A DNA stretch of 64,000 nt, taken from NCBI GenBank assembly GCA_964252035.1, contig OZ176205.1; one strand, written 5' to 3'. The stretch is from Podarcis erhardii (Eukaryota). A program made the translations under genes and the position numbers. The notes under the pieces are model-generated. The model was not told the DNA's origin. It worked only from the letters and a program-made list of their open reading frames with translations, and did no database searches. This document shows positions 37,629 to 52,777 of this stretch, in pieces (the first letter of the stretch is position 1; the number at the start of each line of letters is the position of its first letter).

Positions 37629-40600
37629 CAATGTAATGTAGCAGGCAGTGAGGAGTCTTCAACAATGTGTAATAGTGGAGGAAACGAGACATGCAAAAGC
37701 ATGGGTACAATTTTCAACTGTAAAACTCTGGTAAACTGCTTTATTTCATGTAACAAAGCTCTAGAAATGCTGTGCATTGGATCCAAGGGAAAGTGTACAG
37801 AGGGAGGCTGGCAGAAGCTGCCTCTCCTTCACCAGAAGCCCTCCCAGCCCCCACAATTCATCTCCAGAGTAGCATGGAAAACTATGGAAGATGTCTCCAC
37901 TCAATTTTCATTGATTCCCCACTTCCTTGCAGTCTCCTGTATCACAACCTACTCCATTCAGCAGGGTCTTCTGATCCTTGGGAAGGCTTTCAGAAGAGGG
38001 CTGTCACAGGGCAGCGAAATCCACTTTTGCCAAACCCCATCCACACACTTTACTCTCAAGTCCAACCCTGTGACTTTTCCCTTGCATTCAGAGGAAATCC
38101 CATAATGTAAAAATTACTATTACAATTTAATGAATATTGAATGCTCTCAAAAACATAACTTACACATATATTTTGACAGGTTCAAGATTAATTTCTTTTG
38201 GTTTTTTAAAAAATACCACCACTTTCACACAGATTTTTCTTTCCACATTTTCCTATGCCTCATGAAACAGTACAGTTGAATGGGAATGAGACTACTTACT
38301 AAAAGGAAATAGCCCTCGCTATTCTACAGCAACAAATTCTCAGTTATGCAGGATTAATTTTGGTTTTTTCTTTTTTCTTTTCAGTTCACAAACCTCATCA
38401 CACAGAACACAGTGACCTATTTACAGGAAACATTTGTCAGGCTGGAGAATGCCTTGAAAAAATATATAAATCCTACTGCCTGGTTTTATTTTATGAGTTC
38501 TGGTCACAGTTCCATCCTCAAAACAGTATTCCTGATGACCTTTAATCTTTCTCCTCACTTGGAACTTGAGTCAGCATCACTCCAAAAGTCGGAATGAAAT
38601 CTGTGAAATGTTCTATAAACTGTGAATTACAACTTCATGCCTTAATCTGCAAGAACTCAGTAAGTTTAATGACAAATTGTAGTAGAGAAGGGATTTGTCT
38701 TGGGACTACAAAGCAGATAGTTTTGGTTACTTTTTCCCAGCAGGCTTCAGACAGCTATGAAGCTAGTCGAACTGTACCAACTTATTAAACAAACCCTCTT
38801 TGGATTCATAAAAATGCTTATTTAGCACACTGCATGCTTGGAAAGAACCACAGGAATAAAATTAATTAGCATTGGCCTGAAACAGTTTGCATTTCCAACA
38901 GTAATGCAAGAGTGGGTAGAACAGTCATCTCAAAACCTTTATTTAATGCAGTCACCAAGTTTTTTCTTTGACGAAGCAACAGCAAGCTGAAGGTTATTGA
39001 AAATTTATTCACCCACGCTAACTGCAGACTCACAAAAATAAAGTGGCCATCTGCTAAAAACACCACCTTGCCTAAGGGCACACATAAAATACAAATGTAA
39101 ACACAATTTTCAGTCAGCCATGTATACATGTGTGAAACTATCTATAGGGTAAGAAACACTCCAAATTTCACTTAGGAAGCGCCAACAATTTTTCTTGACT
39201 ATGCGTGGGTGATTATTACTATTTTGGAATATAAGGCTTCGGTAGAAGAGGCACAATTATTACAAACTCAGCAGTACTGCACACACATTCAAAAGTAGTG
39301 TGGAAATACAGCAAATTACAGAAAACACAGCTCTGCTCAAACTAGACACTACAAATCAAATCTCTTATGCCTGGGGAATTCATTTTACTAATGAGGCACT
39401 GGATAATATAAAATATTATTGATTATTGATATTGACTTCTCTTTAATATATTTTATGAACTTTTTCATAACCTGCTGAGTTTATTTTAAGAAAAGTGGCG
39501 TATGAATTTCTAAATGAATAGTGCTATTAAAAAGGGGGTTATTATTTGTAGTATAAGGCACATCTATATGTTGTAAAATATACGGATTACTGAAAGTTGC
39601 TGTCTTAATATGGTAAATAAAAGGCGACAACATTTAATAATGTATATTGGACACCAAAGATACTCTATCTCAAAGTGATCCCATATTCCAGAAATACAGG
39701 TGTAGGAATTACAACATAACAGCACTCATTTTGCAACAAATATATTAAGATTGCACTGTATAATAAAGATACAGAAGAAACAACTTTTTTAAAAAAGATT
39801 TTATCTTTAGAGGTTTATCATTTTTTAATAAATATTTCATGAAGCCGCTTAAAATATTGCAAGATACAAATTCATTTAATAAAACCTTTTAACATATAGT
39901 TACTCACGATAAACAATATTAGAATCACCAGCACAAAGTAGTAGTAACTCAACCATGCTTTAGTTAAGTTCCCAGTTATGTTGTTTTTCAGTCATCTTAA
40001 ACAAAACAACAGTTGGGGCCTGCCTGATCTCTAAAGGTATAAGGCTATATATCATAATTGTGCAGTTGCTGTTGAGAAGGCCCTGCTAAATTTCCTCACA
40101 AGTCTAATCACTTTTACTGGTCTGAGCTAGATGAGGATGATTACGATGGTTTTAATTTATTATCTTCCCTTCACCCTAAGGTCCCAGGATGGGTTACAAG
40201 AATTTGAAATACTACATGATAAACAATTTAAAAGATGGAGCAGGTCCTAAAAGTATACACCTCAGGGTGTCAAAGGCCACATTAAACACATACAATTTCA
40301 GGGTTTACCAAAAACTGTACACCTCTGTAGGAATCCTATCATTATTGATTTATGTATTACCTGCCCTACATCCAAAGGTCTTGGGTCAGGTTACAGTATC
40401 AAAAACACAAGATTTACACAAGAAAATTAAATGCAAATAAAGCACAGTAAGAAGAGAGTCCACAGAGATAATAGAAGAGAGAAGAGAGGAAAGATAATGA
40501 TTTTAAAACTGATTATCTAAGAGTATTTAACTTTTTATCTATATATCTATCATAAACTAGTAAAATGAATTCAGTAGTCTGGACTCTCGATAGAGGGATA

Positions 40601-43600
40601 AACTTTATATATTGGAGGAAGCCCTTGATGAGAACAATGCATATTTTCTGTGCTGTCAAGTTCTGTCCCAGATTTATTTCATGCTCCTGCTGCTTCATTA
40701 GAAAATTATTATTATTATTATTAATTTTTAAATTTTTTATACCATCTTTAGAAAAAGAACATGACAGTGTAAAGCAGTCAACAATCAAACAAACCTTGGT
40801 GTGCAACAATCAAATATTTCAGTTCAAACTGAGGTTAGTGAGTTTGTGAATAAAACCAAGGAATTCTGTTTTACAGGAAGCAATCTGGACTAAAAGAAAA
40901 ATTTAAGACCATTCTCTTCTGTATTTTTTAAGTGTTAAATTAAGTGCTACATTACGTGTTACATTAAATGCTACATATAAGTAGGCTTGCCTATTTTATT
41001 TTTATTTTCTATTTGACTTCTTCTTAAGCTTACAATAAGCACTAATACAAAACAGATAACTTTACCAGAGTTAAACAAACAAACATTCTCTGGATACAAA
41101 ACAGCCTCCTTGTTCCAGTAAGCTTATAAATCTCTTAAGACTGAGATCTAAAGATTCAATCTCAGCAAATTCAGTTCCATAGGGATAAAAAACTGTGGCT
41201 GGCACTAAAAGTGCAATCTTATACATACCTTCTTGGAAGTAAATTCCATTGAGTTACTGCCAGGTAAGTGGGTGCAGCCTAAATTCACTAGGTTATTTGT
41301 CTTGAGACCTCTGAATGCACCAAACTTACGTGTCATATAGGATAGCGTAGACAATGTGGCACCCTCTAGATCAGGGAAGTCCAACCTTCCATACCAAGTG
41401 GGCTGCAAGAGTACTTTGACACAAAACCTCCATCAGCCCCTTTCAGCATGGTCAGGGATGATGGGAGCTGTAGTCCACAACACTGGGAAGTAGCACTATT
41501 TCTGATACATTCATTCAGGATTGGCTTGGTTCTTGACCAATTGGCAAACCCAGGTTTGCTGCTGCCTACTTTTGCTCCACTGGGGAATTGGCTGGATTTT
41601 TATTTTATTTTTTGCCTTGTAACCTATTTTCCTTAAAACTCCATGTTTTTCCCACCTTAGAAAACTCTTGTACAGCGCAATCACAACTTACATGACAACT
41701 GTGTTCCTGGGGGCTGTGAATAAAAACAGAATCATGTAAAGACAGAACAACCCCTGGAATCACCCCTGCTGCCTGAGATCTCGTGAGATTGGGACCATCC
41801 ACGGGAACGTCCCAGAGGCCTTGTGCAACTGTCCCAACCTTCCAACCACCAACCTTCTAGTTAACAGTCAGTTGCACTGACCCACTGCTCCACCTGGAGA
41901 GCCCTTCCACAAAAGGAAAACAACATATTAAGCAAGAGAGCCTCATTAAATCACCAGACAACATTGTTGTACTCATGGTCCAATTTAGATCATTTGCTTC
42001 AACTTGACTATCAAAAAGGCAATCAATTGATTGTCTAACATTTCATACAAATGCATATTCACCTTCTTGGCTAGAAACAATTCTAATTTTACAAGCAGGT
42101 ATAGTCCATCAAAAGGCAGTGCCTTTTTCTGTGTAAACTTTCCAATTAAGGCAGTGCAAGTCCTTTTCCATTTACCTGGCCTTTAAAATGTGTTCTTTTA
42201 TCAGGTTTTAATGTCCAATGCAATTTAATCAGAAACACATGCCTCATAAATATCATCTGTCATGTTCCATTAGTTTCATGCAGAAAAAGTACAAGTCAAT
42301 AAACAAAGGTTGTGCCATAAATCTGCCTTGAACACATTATACCACAAATAAGAAAATAAAAACACGTGTGTCCTTTGACCTGAAACGTTTTAAAGATGGG
42401 AACTCTAGGTATTGTTTTATACCTTCAGAAATGTTTTAAGTGTTCACAATTAAATTGCATACCTAAGCAACCTCGATTTACATAATGTTGATATGTAGAT
42501 GGTGATTACCCAAAAACCATGCCTGCAAGGTACCTGCTAAATCACATCAATGCTTCTGGGGTTGATACCGATAGCAGGAACTGCACAATGAAAACCAGTT
42601 TCCTCCACTAGGCAACTCTTGTATAAAATACCCTTGGAACTTTGAGAACCCCTTACACGTAGCAATTAAGAGAGATGGTGGTTGGTTGGAAGGCAAGTTA
42701 ATCTTACTGACTTGAAATCTGGTTGAAACTTTTCACAGCAGTGAATGCATGGCCTGACATACTATACTGCATAAGAAAGAAAGATCTCATAGAGTTGCTT
42801 CGGTCTACCCTATCTCCGTTAAACATAACTGAAAGTGCAGACCCTTTGCTCCTCCTTTCCTAGTACAAGCAATCAAACCAGGAAGCCTCTAATTACCCAT
42901 AGTTTCACGTTTCATCCGAACGATAGTTACCAGCTTCAGGACATGCCAGGACCCTAAACCAAATTCAAACAACTTCAAAGAACCTCCCCCCCAAATCAAA
43001 AAATGCTTCCATGGGAGCCACAAGAAAGTGTATCCCTGCCATAGGATTAAATAATATATTTGTTTCCTTCCTAGGCTTGGCATTTCTTGGGTGTAAGCTC
43101 ACACCCACATCTATATACCGTAACTGCAATTTGCTATTGCTAAATGACCTATACAGAAACATAGACTGGATGTGGTAACTGCATTCCACATACATTGGTG
43201 GCCATGCATATATTTTCTGCGCACCTGACACTGCTTTATCACATACTGTACTGTCATATACTATTTCTGGTATTACCTCTTTCTCTCTTCCCTACCCCAA
43301 TGCATCATGGATCCCTTTCTCTCCTTCACCCTATTGCAGCCAGTTTTCCCTTCAGAGTGAGTCTATTCATATAGTTTTCCCGCACATCCTTTCTGCTCTG
43401 CTTTTGTTGGAGAATTGAGCTTTTTTAACATCTCAGGAAATAAGAAGTACCTCATATCTGTAAAACTGATTTATTTTTCTTTAATGAAACCAACTCTGCA
43501 TTTTGCCAGGAAAACCAATGTTTCTCTGGTGACCAAAATCTAAAATCAAACCTAAAATAAAAAGTTTCAAACATCTGATTCACTTAGCAGTCAGCAGAGC

Positions 43601-44773
43601 AAGCTCAAATGGAGCTTAGCAGGATTTTTGGAATGTCTTAAAAATGTGTGACTAACTCAACTTCTAAAGAGGTTATTTGCGCGTTAGATTTTTGGTCTCC
43701 CCACAGAAAAAAAAAACCATTGGAGTAAATTGCAGGCTGTGATGTTAGTGGCAAGGTAAAAAGTTATTGCAACAGGAACATCTTTACAATTCAAAGAGAC
43801 AATTGGGGGGGATCAGCTTTTGTTGACCTTTAAAACATTAGGAAAAGGAATGGAAAGATGATCAGCAACTTCTCACCTAAGAAGCCCAAGCTTTGCTTGT
43901 AGTAAAAAGTTTAATATGCCCCTGTCCATGCCCAAGTAGATAGAAGGCTCTCTCTTTCTCCTTTCCTCTTCCTCTTCCTCTTCCTCTCCCTGAGGTACAT
44001 AAGGGCTTGCAAAAGTAACACTGCTGTGACTCATAGAAAAGCCAGGCTTGAGGAAAAAACATCTGATGAGGCCTAACTGAGCACAGAAATGGGAAAACTG
44101 CCTGATATGGGACAACCACCACCTGCAGTGCAGCTTCTTAGAAACTGAGTTTTATATGTCATGCCATGGTGATGCCACTAAAAACAAGCATCCCAGTGAA
44201 GTTCCACACATCTGTCCCACAGTAAAGTCATGTGTATCATCATACTGTTGGTTGTCCTTAGGAAACTCACACTGCCAGCAACAGAAAATGGCTTACTGTG
44301 ACCACACAAACATGCTGGCTCCTAGACAGGAAGTCATATCCCTTTGCTTCTCCCTGGCCTTTACGTCAACACAGCACAGCACAGCTGCAAAGTAAAGGTT
44401 TGTATTAGTGTGCCATCCAACCCAGAGGTCATGGTCTCTCTTCCTTGGCTACAGATCTTGGTTAAGGAGAGCAACTTTAATGATTAGCCCAGGTTCGACC
44501 AAACCTTGACTTAGCTGCCATGGTTACCTAAAAAAACCAGGAAGAGCAAAGCAACTACAATTTCCTCCTTGGGAGCCAGCATATTCACACTAAGCCATGG
44601 CCAATAATTTTTTTGTGGGGGGACAAGGAAATCATATCACGTGATGAATTGCTTTCGTGTTAAGGTATTTCCATCAGATATAGGGAGGACCGCTACAGAG
44701 GTGGCAGCCCATATAGCAGGTAACTTGGTTGTACAGAGGCGTCAAAGATGCATTGGACTAGTTTACCCAACCA

Positions 44774-44775
<2 letters not shown>

Positions 44776-44812
<37 letters not shown>
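44776..44812. repeat. (AAT)n microsatellite
   Basis: Read directly. Confidence 0.95.
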
Positions 44813-45353
44813 TACCTAAGAATAATAGGGTGGGTCCTGAAAACACACCTCTCGGGTGTCAAAGACCAGGGTAAAAAGGAGTTACCAAAAGTTGTAGATG
44901 GAACTATCAAAACAGCTCCCTATGCTGGTCTTAACACCCATTAGGGTCTATAGGGAAGAAGGTAGTCTCTGATATATCGTCTTTGTTAGTAAAAAAAGGC
45001 AAGGATAATGTGGTATCATAGAAGCTACGCAGACTCTTCTCATTACTCCCTCAATTTTATCTTTAGGTTGAAACATCAAGAGAAAAAGTGGGTGTGGGGA
45101 AATTTTCCAGCTAGAAATCCTTCCTATGAATATCACCCAGTATAATCCACTAACTGGGAGTATATTTTTGAGGTGGGGGTGTCTAAGTTATTATTTTTTT
45201 TACAAGTCCAATCTAAACTAGAGTGGCATATAAAACAAGGAAGTTATTAAGCAATATGAAAACAAAGCTGAATGTGTAAGAAACCAGTGATGTCAACCCA
45301 CGGTCCATATTGTTGCCTCACTGACGTCAATGGCAAAGTCACTCTTTATTTCA

Positions 45354-45400
45354 GTTGTTGTTGTTGTTTAGTCATGCCCGACTCTTTGTGAACCCATAGA
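45354..45400 (-). mobile_element. Very short Bov-B 3' end
   Basis: Reverse complement ...aagagtcgggcatgactaaacaacaacaac matches the tail at 6785-6817. Confidence 0.6.
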
Positions 45401-48400
45401 CAGTAGGAACAAAATAAAGTCATATTTGCTGCCAATGTTCCCCAGTCCATCAGGGGTGAGGATTTTGCAAAGTGCTCAGAGCTCAATTCTCCTCTTTGAA
45501 GACAACAATAATTCCCTTTGATTTAAAATGGAAGCAGTTGCAGCAACCCTGAGCACGTGTATAAATACTACTGTAAGAAACTCTCTTGGGGAACCAGTAG
45601 GAAATCCATCCATCTCATTCTTCTTTGTAATCCACACAAACCACAAAGTCATCTGCCTGGCACACACAGGGCAAACCAAGGTTTTCATAAAAAAGGGTTA
45701 AGGAGGTTGGGTGGTCTATTTTAGCAGAAGCTAAGAAACAACTTGCCTTGTTCAAATGCTATTCCAATACCATTTTCTGTTTCCCTTTGGAGTTACTCAC
45801 CGTACATGGGACAATTCCAGGAAAGAGCAAATTCTATCAGGGGTTCACCGATGCCTTGCCCTCAGTGCAAGAGTCAGATTAAATTAAACCCAGCTGCTGC
45901 AGCAATAGGATAGAGGAAGAGCCAAAAATCCAAGAACTTTAAAATGTGTGCAGAATTAGTCCTATTCTCATGTAAATCACTTTCAAAAGCATTATGTTTT
46001 TTGATATAAGTCAATGTGAGATGTTTATTATTATATATTTTTTTAAGAAAACTGCACCACCCTGCTCTGCTTCCTTTGGTCCGATAGCTCTGAAGTGTGC
46101 CACTCATCCCTCCCAGCAAAATATCCCATTTCATAAACCTGCTCCTAGATATCTGAAACGACACATCATTAAGCGCTTAGCTTTAGGCATCCAACATTCC
46201 AAAGAATTTAAACATATTATAAAGAAACCTGGACCACGTTAAGCATGAAGAACTTAAGTGCACATCCATCTAGAGAAGCATTTCATTTCTTATTTGGCAG
46301 TTATGCCACTGTCAATCTTAAACAAAGAAAAATATATTTGCAACAAAACCAATTGGGATCTTTTACTTGAAGCAACCAAAAGCAACCTAGGCTTTGATAG
46401 TGGGTATGATTAAATTTCATTTCTATGATGCACTTTAATTGTTGTTGGGTTGTTGTTGTTTTTCCCCAAGGATTGGCGGCTTTAGTTTTTAAGCTACTTC
46501 ACCTCCATAAAACATGAAATAGCAGTGAATCACTGGAACACATTGGCAGTAAAGTTTAGGCCTTACAGTATGTGCTGGGAAGTTACTTGGCTTCACTGTT
46601 GCACCATATATTAATCTTCTTGTACGTACCATAACTTGTAAAACTGTATGATTACATAAAGATTATTATTTTATGAAAGGTTAGTCATTGATTTACACAT
46701 TGGATTCTCTTTGTCTTAGCGAGTATGCCTAACTTCTTCAGACCTGGAAGGCAGGCAAAATACATCATCTACTATTATACATATTTCTACTAAGTATTAA
46801 AATACCAGATCCCAAGAGTCACATTTCATATGGTTCAGCAATGTTCCAGAATAAACCAAGTCTTCAACCCCTTAAGAGCTTAAAATAACAGCAATTGAAA
46901 TATGCATTAAAAAGTTAGTTTTATGGTATTTGCTGATGTCTTCTTAGGGCCACCCTCCCTCCCCAAAGTAAAACATGCAAATACACACAAGAATTACATT
47001 ATTTTTCTTCTTACATCAAGATTCTTGCTATTATCTGTAAATCCTTCATAATCAGGTATCCCTTTGAATTTTTTTTTAAAATCATTTGCCTAATCCTTGA
47101 AACAAATTTACAAATCAGATTTATTCCACTGCTATGCTTTTTATTAGGAAATCATGTAAAACTATCAAAGACCTATTCAAGCATAGCAATATAAAAGGTC
47201 AGTCGACATCAACCAGCAACATCAAACTTTACAATATTTATTTTAATGTACTGATTGGCCAGATAGAGCTTGGCTCATTACTTTGCAATGGTTTGAATAA
47301 GTTCTTGCAATTCGTAAATACACAAAACCACATGAAAATTGAAACAGCATAAGTTGGAGCTGTTTCGTACAGCAGTATTTTTCCCAGTAACTGTCAGTGA
47401 TGAATCATCATTTAATAAAACACAAATTAAACCACAGAAAAAAGGGGGGGGATCCTTTTGCCAGCTTACCAGTGAAGCATGTGTCGTACAAATAAGAAAG
47501 CATTCACACATACTGGATGCCTTAAGAGTGTAAGAGAGTGGGCAGAAAACTTGGCAGCTAGTCTTCAAAGGTATTCAAGTCCAAACCTAAAGGCAAAACT
47601 GGAATTGAATTTAGATTAAATGGTCTTTGGCTTTTCACATGCCAAAAAGGGTAGTGGGAGAACTCTTGCTATTTTCATTACATTAGGGGGGGAAATTGGA
47701 CGCCTTTAAACCCAATCAATTTTAATGCAATAAATGCATATTTTAAAATAATTTGTGGCACACAATTTTTATACACCATCTTTGGGATTGTGGGAAAGGA
47801 ATGCATTTCCCCAAATGCAAACTCCATCACAGCATCCATTGCAACAGCAATTGTCAGACTGCATATGGCTCGCATGGCTGTAGGGACTAACTATTATATT
47901 AGCCACATATCCATTAGTGCACAGGTTCCCGAACTTTAGTCCACAGACCACTTCATTCTGGTGATCTGTAATCTGTAAAAATACAATTTAAAATCATGCA
48001 GCATCTAGCACAGCACATTATAATTGCTACAACATGAAGAAAAATTATTAAGCGGTCCATTGGGACCCATAGTAATTTTCAAGTGCTCTGCGGACATAAA
48101 CATTTGGGAACTGCTACATTAGTACAAGCAACATTCTCCATGATCCCCAGCTCTCCATCATTTTATGAATGTCTATTATTTAGAAATATGGTAATACCTT
48201 TCTGCACAGTCTGTATAGACACACAGGCTAGTAAAACATTTTCACGTGCTAACTTCTGTGAGTTTGTTCATTAGATTGTCTTACAATCAGCAGCTATGAT
48301 AAGACTAATGATTTTACATCTCTGAGGCTCCCCTCCATGGGTTATACTGTGGATTGCTGGCAGGATCCACAAAGTTCAATTACTTGAAATTCAATAAAAC

Positions 48401-48819
48401 AGTATTATTTGCTTAGACTGACAGTCCCAGCAAGCTTTGGATAATGAGAAATTCTGGAAAATCAGATTCAGGTTTGAAGAAAGAGGAAGATTATGATGTA
48501 GTTGGCTGCAGCCCATGACCTAGTGTTTATTGCCAGTTGGTAGATTATGCCCATTTTTTAGCAAGTCCTCCAGTAACTGCAAGTGTAGAGGGAGTTTGAT
48601 CCAAGGAACACTTCAATCTACCCCCTACCTAGCTGGTCCTCTTTTTGAAATAGCACCTGGTGTGGCACAGCTGGTTAAAAAACAGACTGCCAACTGGCCA
48701 GCAACATTATTGAAATGGAGCTTCAGAAACTAACACTGAGAAATCAAATGTAACAAGTTGCACGAAGGATGGAGCAAGCTATGAAGGAATACTCTCAGTT
48801 TACACCGCCTTTCTGAGTA

Positions 48820-49061
48820 CAGTGGTACCTCGGGTTACATATGCTTCAGGTTACATACGCTTCAGGTTACAGACTCCGCTAACCCAGAAATAGTGCTTCG
48901 GGTTAAGAACTTTGCTTCAGGATGAGAACAGAAATAGTGCTCTGGCGGCATGGCGGCAGCAGGAGGCCCCATTAGCTAAAGTGATGCTTCAGGTTAAGAA
49001 CAGTTTCAGGTTAAGAATGGACCTCCAGAACGAATTAAGTACTTAACCCAAGGTACCACTA
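48820..49061. mobile_element. Tigger-like MITE, opposite orientation to the 22225 copy
   Basis: TIR cagtggtacctcggg / aggtaccacta, TA flanks, internal 16-bp tandem duplication (ggttacata.gcttca). Confidence 0.9.
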
Positions 49062-52000
49062 TACTGGAGAAATCACACACATACACACCCCTACCTTAAA
49101 ATGGTATCAGTCTCCCTCCACCAAGGCTGTGTGAGATTAATCGAAGGATGAGTGGACTATCTGCAAATGACACCAGTCTGCTCCAGGAGTCCCATTTCTA
49201 TTTGTAAAATATCTCTCTCCATCCATGTCATTGTACTCAGTGTCTTCACTAAGTTTAGACAATGAAAGGACAGTGGACAGGTGTGATGGGGTCTATGTAC
49301 TGTATGAGCACAGAGGGCATATGCTTGCAAGACCTCAGAAGAGTATTATCTATTCTAATCAGAAAACACCATAATAGGGTAAATTTCAACAACAGCCCAT
49401 ACGAAAGGTAGATTATCTCCTACAAAATGACAGGAGTTGCTTCTTCTAATTAATGTGGCTATATCTTTATTTTCGTAAACACTATTATGAAGAAATTGTA
49501 TAAGACAATTGAAAGAAGGCATATTCTCTGATGCTACAAGGTGGCACACCTACACAGGTGAAGAGAAAAGGTAGGCAGCCTATATGCTGAGTAAGTCTGA
49601 CTTCAAGAACAGCCAGGCTGTTTTTTTTGTTTTCGTTTTAGAAAGTTCAGAATCTTCTTTTCCACAGTGAATAGCATTTCTGAGCAAGTCGTCATAAATA
49701 CCCAAATACTCAGAAATGAGAAAGCTTAGCAGACCAACTGCTTTTATTATTAACATATAACTTCAAATATTTACAGGCACGCCAAGCAAAATATTGTGAC
49801 TCCCAGGATTTGCCCAAAATGCTTTAGCTCCAACAAGCTTGAGGTATCAGCAAACCTTTGCTGTGAATTTTCCAGGACAATCTGTACCTCGGCAGTAAAT
49901 GTTCGTGTGAGCCACAACTGGATTTCAGCAGTCATAGCTGAACTTCAGCTTGCTGAAACAAGCTTGTTAATTTAATGTCTAGATATTTATTTTATTTTTA
50001 ATTTTAGAAGGTGAGAAGCTGCTTGCATATCACCCTAATCACCTTGATTTCATAGCACAAAGCTCATACTGTATAGTGTAGTGGCTGAGAGTGAAAAGAG
50101 TCAGGAAATCCCTGGTTCAAATATCACCTCAGCTGTGAACTTCTTAGCTAGTCTCACCTACAGTCCTCCTATGAGCAATACCAGGGATACTCTTATTGTT
50201 ATTGCTTGCATATTCTTAATGCATAAAGCCCTGAACAACTCAGAAAGAGGTTGCTTGAAAGTCCACCTGCTCCTGTACGATTGCCTACATCATCTGGGGA
50301 AATTCTACTTGTGGCACCTCATCCTACAGAATATCATAGGGCAGTGACTGGAAAACAATAATTTTTTGCTACTATCCCTGCACTGTGTAATGCCCTTCCC
50401 TCTGCCATATGTGAGCAGGAGCCAACAACTGCTTCACATATCTTTTCCTGACCCATAAGATTGGACCCTGCCTTACACATCTGAATCCTCTGGATTGCTG
50501 TTTTATTCACTTTAATATGTTTTATGTGGGTTAGTATTATATTATTATTATTTGATTTATTACCCACCCTTTACCCTAAGGTGCCAAGACAGCTTACAAT
50601 ATTAAAACAGAACATTACAACACTATATTAAGAACAGTTTATAATTTTAATGTTTTAATTATATTTTGTTTTTAGACTGTACACTGCTTAGAATTTTTGA
50701 AATATTCAGTTCATCAATGCTTTTAAATGAATAAATAATATTTAGCTTTACAAGCTGCTGTGATGGTTATTGAGCTAGAATATGCAAAATGGTGTGAATA
50801 CCCACCTGAAATAATTCTATCCATAAACATTCACTGGCTCACACATTATTTTAGGACCATTAATAGCCACATTCACACAAGCACTAAGTCAAACCACATT
50901 CACACAAGCACTAAGCAACTACACTAAGGTTTGGGCTTAGTGTTATCGCCAAACACGGGATCATGCTTAAGCTCTCTCCCCTCCTTAACTATGATCTGTA
51001 GCCAAGGCTTGTTCTTGATTGTTCAGCTGCAGATTAGTTATGTAGAATTAGGTGTGAATTTACTTAATTTCATGGTAAGTCATTTAGGTACCTACTTCTC
51101 TTCCTCTGAGCAAAACATTCAAAGGGAAGGCCACATCAACTAAAAAGTTGATGAATTTAGATTTATATACTGTACCAGAAAGAAAGAAAATGGATACAAT
51201 GACAGCATCCTTTAGAATTTTTCTGGCTAGTACACCGATTCTTGAAACACCTGTGGTAAACCCACTGCAGAAGTTAAGCCTTCTGCCCAGAAAGACAGCT
51301 GAAAACCTCCTGAGCCAAGCTATTGTAAATCACCAGTTCAAAGCCACCACATGAATACTTTGAGGCTCCTACTCCAGATCCTTTACACCTCTGTCCCAAC
51401 TCTCCTCTCGCTCAAGCAGTCCTTTATGAAGAACATTGCCATTGCACTTTTTGAAGAAGAAAAAACAGGATACCCGTGTGAAGACGTTAGATGCTATCAT
51501 CTCTGCTACGTTTTGCTGCATCACTTCAAGAACATCACTTCTTAGAGGACAGATATTATCGGCCACCAAACAGTTTCATTTTTGACAAGTCTGTGTGCGC
51601 CAGCAGATAAACCTGAGACCTGACATATAATTAAATTTTTAGAAAGCAAACCTTTTTATTTCAGCAGGCACTTGAAGGAGACAAAACTGACATCTTGTTT
51701 TTCTTGCTGCTTTTGAAGGATTTTTCTGGAAGGTTTTAAATTGTGTTTCATTTTTCTAATACTTTATCCTTAATTGTATACTATTGGCCATCTCTTTTGA
51801 GATGAAACAAAGAGTTCTCACACTTCAGTTTCAGCCGTTTTAGTACGAAAAAGGAAGGAAGCACTGACAAATGCTACCATTCTCGGTACTACTGTTTTCC
51901 ATTGCAAATTATGTACAGTACTCCCCATTCTTGCTATGAAGATTTCCATGGGATAAATCAGACTGCTTTCTTTCATCCTAGATTTCAGAGTTGGTACACA

Positions 52001-52505
52001 CTGAATTAGCATATTAGAGCCAGCCCATGTACACATTTGAAAAGCCCCAACGCGTTTACATGTTATCAGAACTCCTGCTGGAAAATCTTTCTTTCAAATC
52101 CCTTTGTACTATAGTCCTCATCACTCAGACTCACTTCCACATTTGTAGAATGAAAACATTGCTCATCTACTCACAAGATTTAAACAATAACTTATAATAA
52201 TAAATATGCTCAGCACCTTGCAACGAAGGATGACACAAAACTATTATTAATGAAGCTTAAGTGAGGCATTTTGAAAGCAGAAACTTTACAAGCCAAATAG
52301 GAAACAAGTTTGCATGGCCGTATTTGTCTCTCAAGTAAACAATACTGGCTATAACATGCTTAGTTTTCAAACACCAAAAACCCTACCAGACACTTAAGAT
52401 GGCGACAGTTTCATTTTCTCTTGAAATCAAGAGAGAGGGCAATAATTAACTAAACTAACCTTACTACACCCACAAATACGGAAAAAAGAAGAAATAAGTG
52501 TGTTT

Positions 52506-52666
52506 TCACTCTTTTCTGACACGGTGCCTATACAGCACTGTCTGCACATATTTTTCAGAACTTGGTCTTGCTATTTCTTTCAAGTATCGATGACTAACTA
52601 GGCCATCTACAAGGGAAGTCTGGTTTAAATTGTCTTGTGGTGAGAAGGTGAAGGAAAGCTGCCAAG
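52506..52666 (-). CDS. Candidate coding exon 3 of an unidentified gene (AWQLSF...HRVRKE*)
   Basis: Strong acceptor (ttttttattcacttaatttatttgttag) after a 111-nt GT-AG intron; phase-compatible with the upstream exon and open to TGA. Confidence 0.35.
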
Positions 52667-52777
52667 CTAACAAATAAATTAAGTGAATAAAAAAAAGCAA
52701 ATAGCATCCTGAGAAACAAGGAAGGAAAAGGAGACCACAGATAAAATATTTTATAGTTCATGCACTTTATTACTCAC

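Noticed and set aside
37413-38105. 230-aa plus-strand ORF
   Set aside because: It starts at a non-ATG codon inside a GC-rich repeat, has no splice support and no recognisable domain.
3784-45896. Multi-selenocysteine or UGA-recoded gene, suggested by in-frame TGA codons in several exon-like segments
   Set aside because: Phase-consistent chaining also meets TAG and TAA stops (for example in 39034-39071 and 2999-3150), and I recognised no SECIS or selenoprotein motif.
47385-47420. Box C/D-like motifs (ATGATGA...CTGA) as a possible snoRNA
   Set aside because: The boxes are only 7 nt apart, far too close for a snoRNA, and there is no terminal stem.
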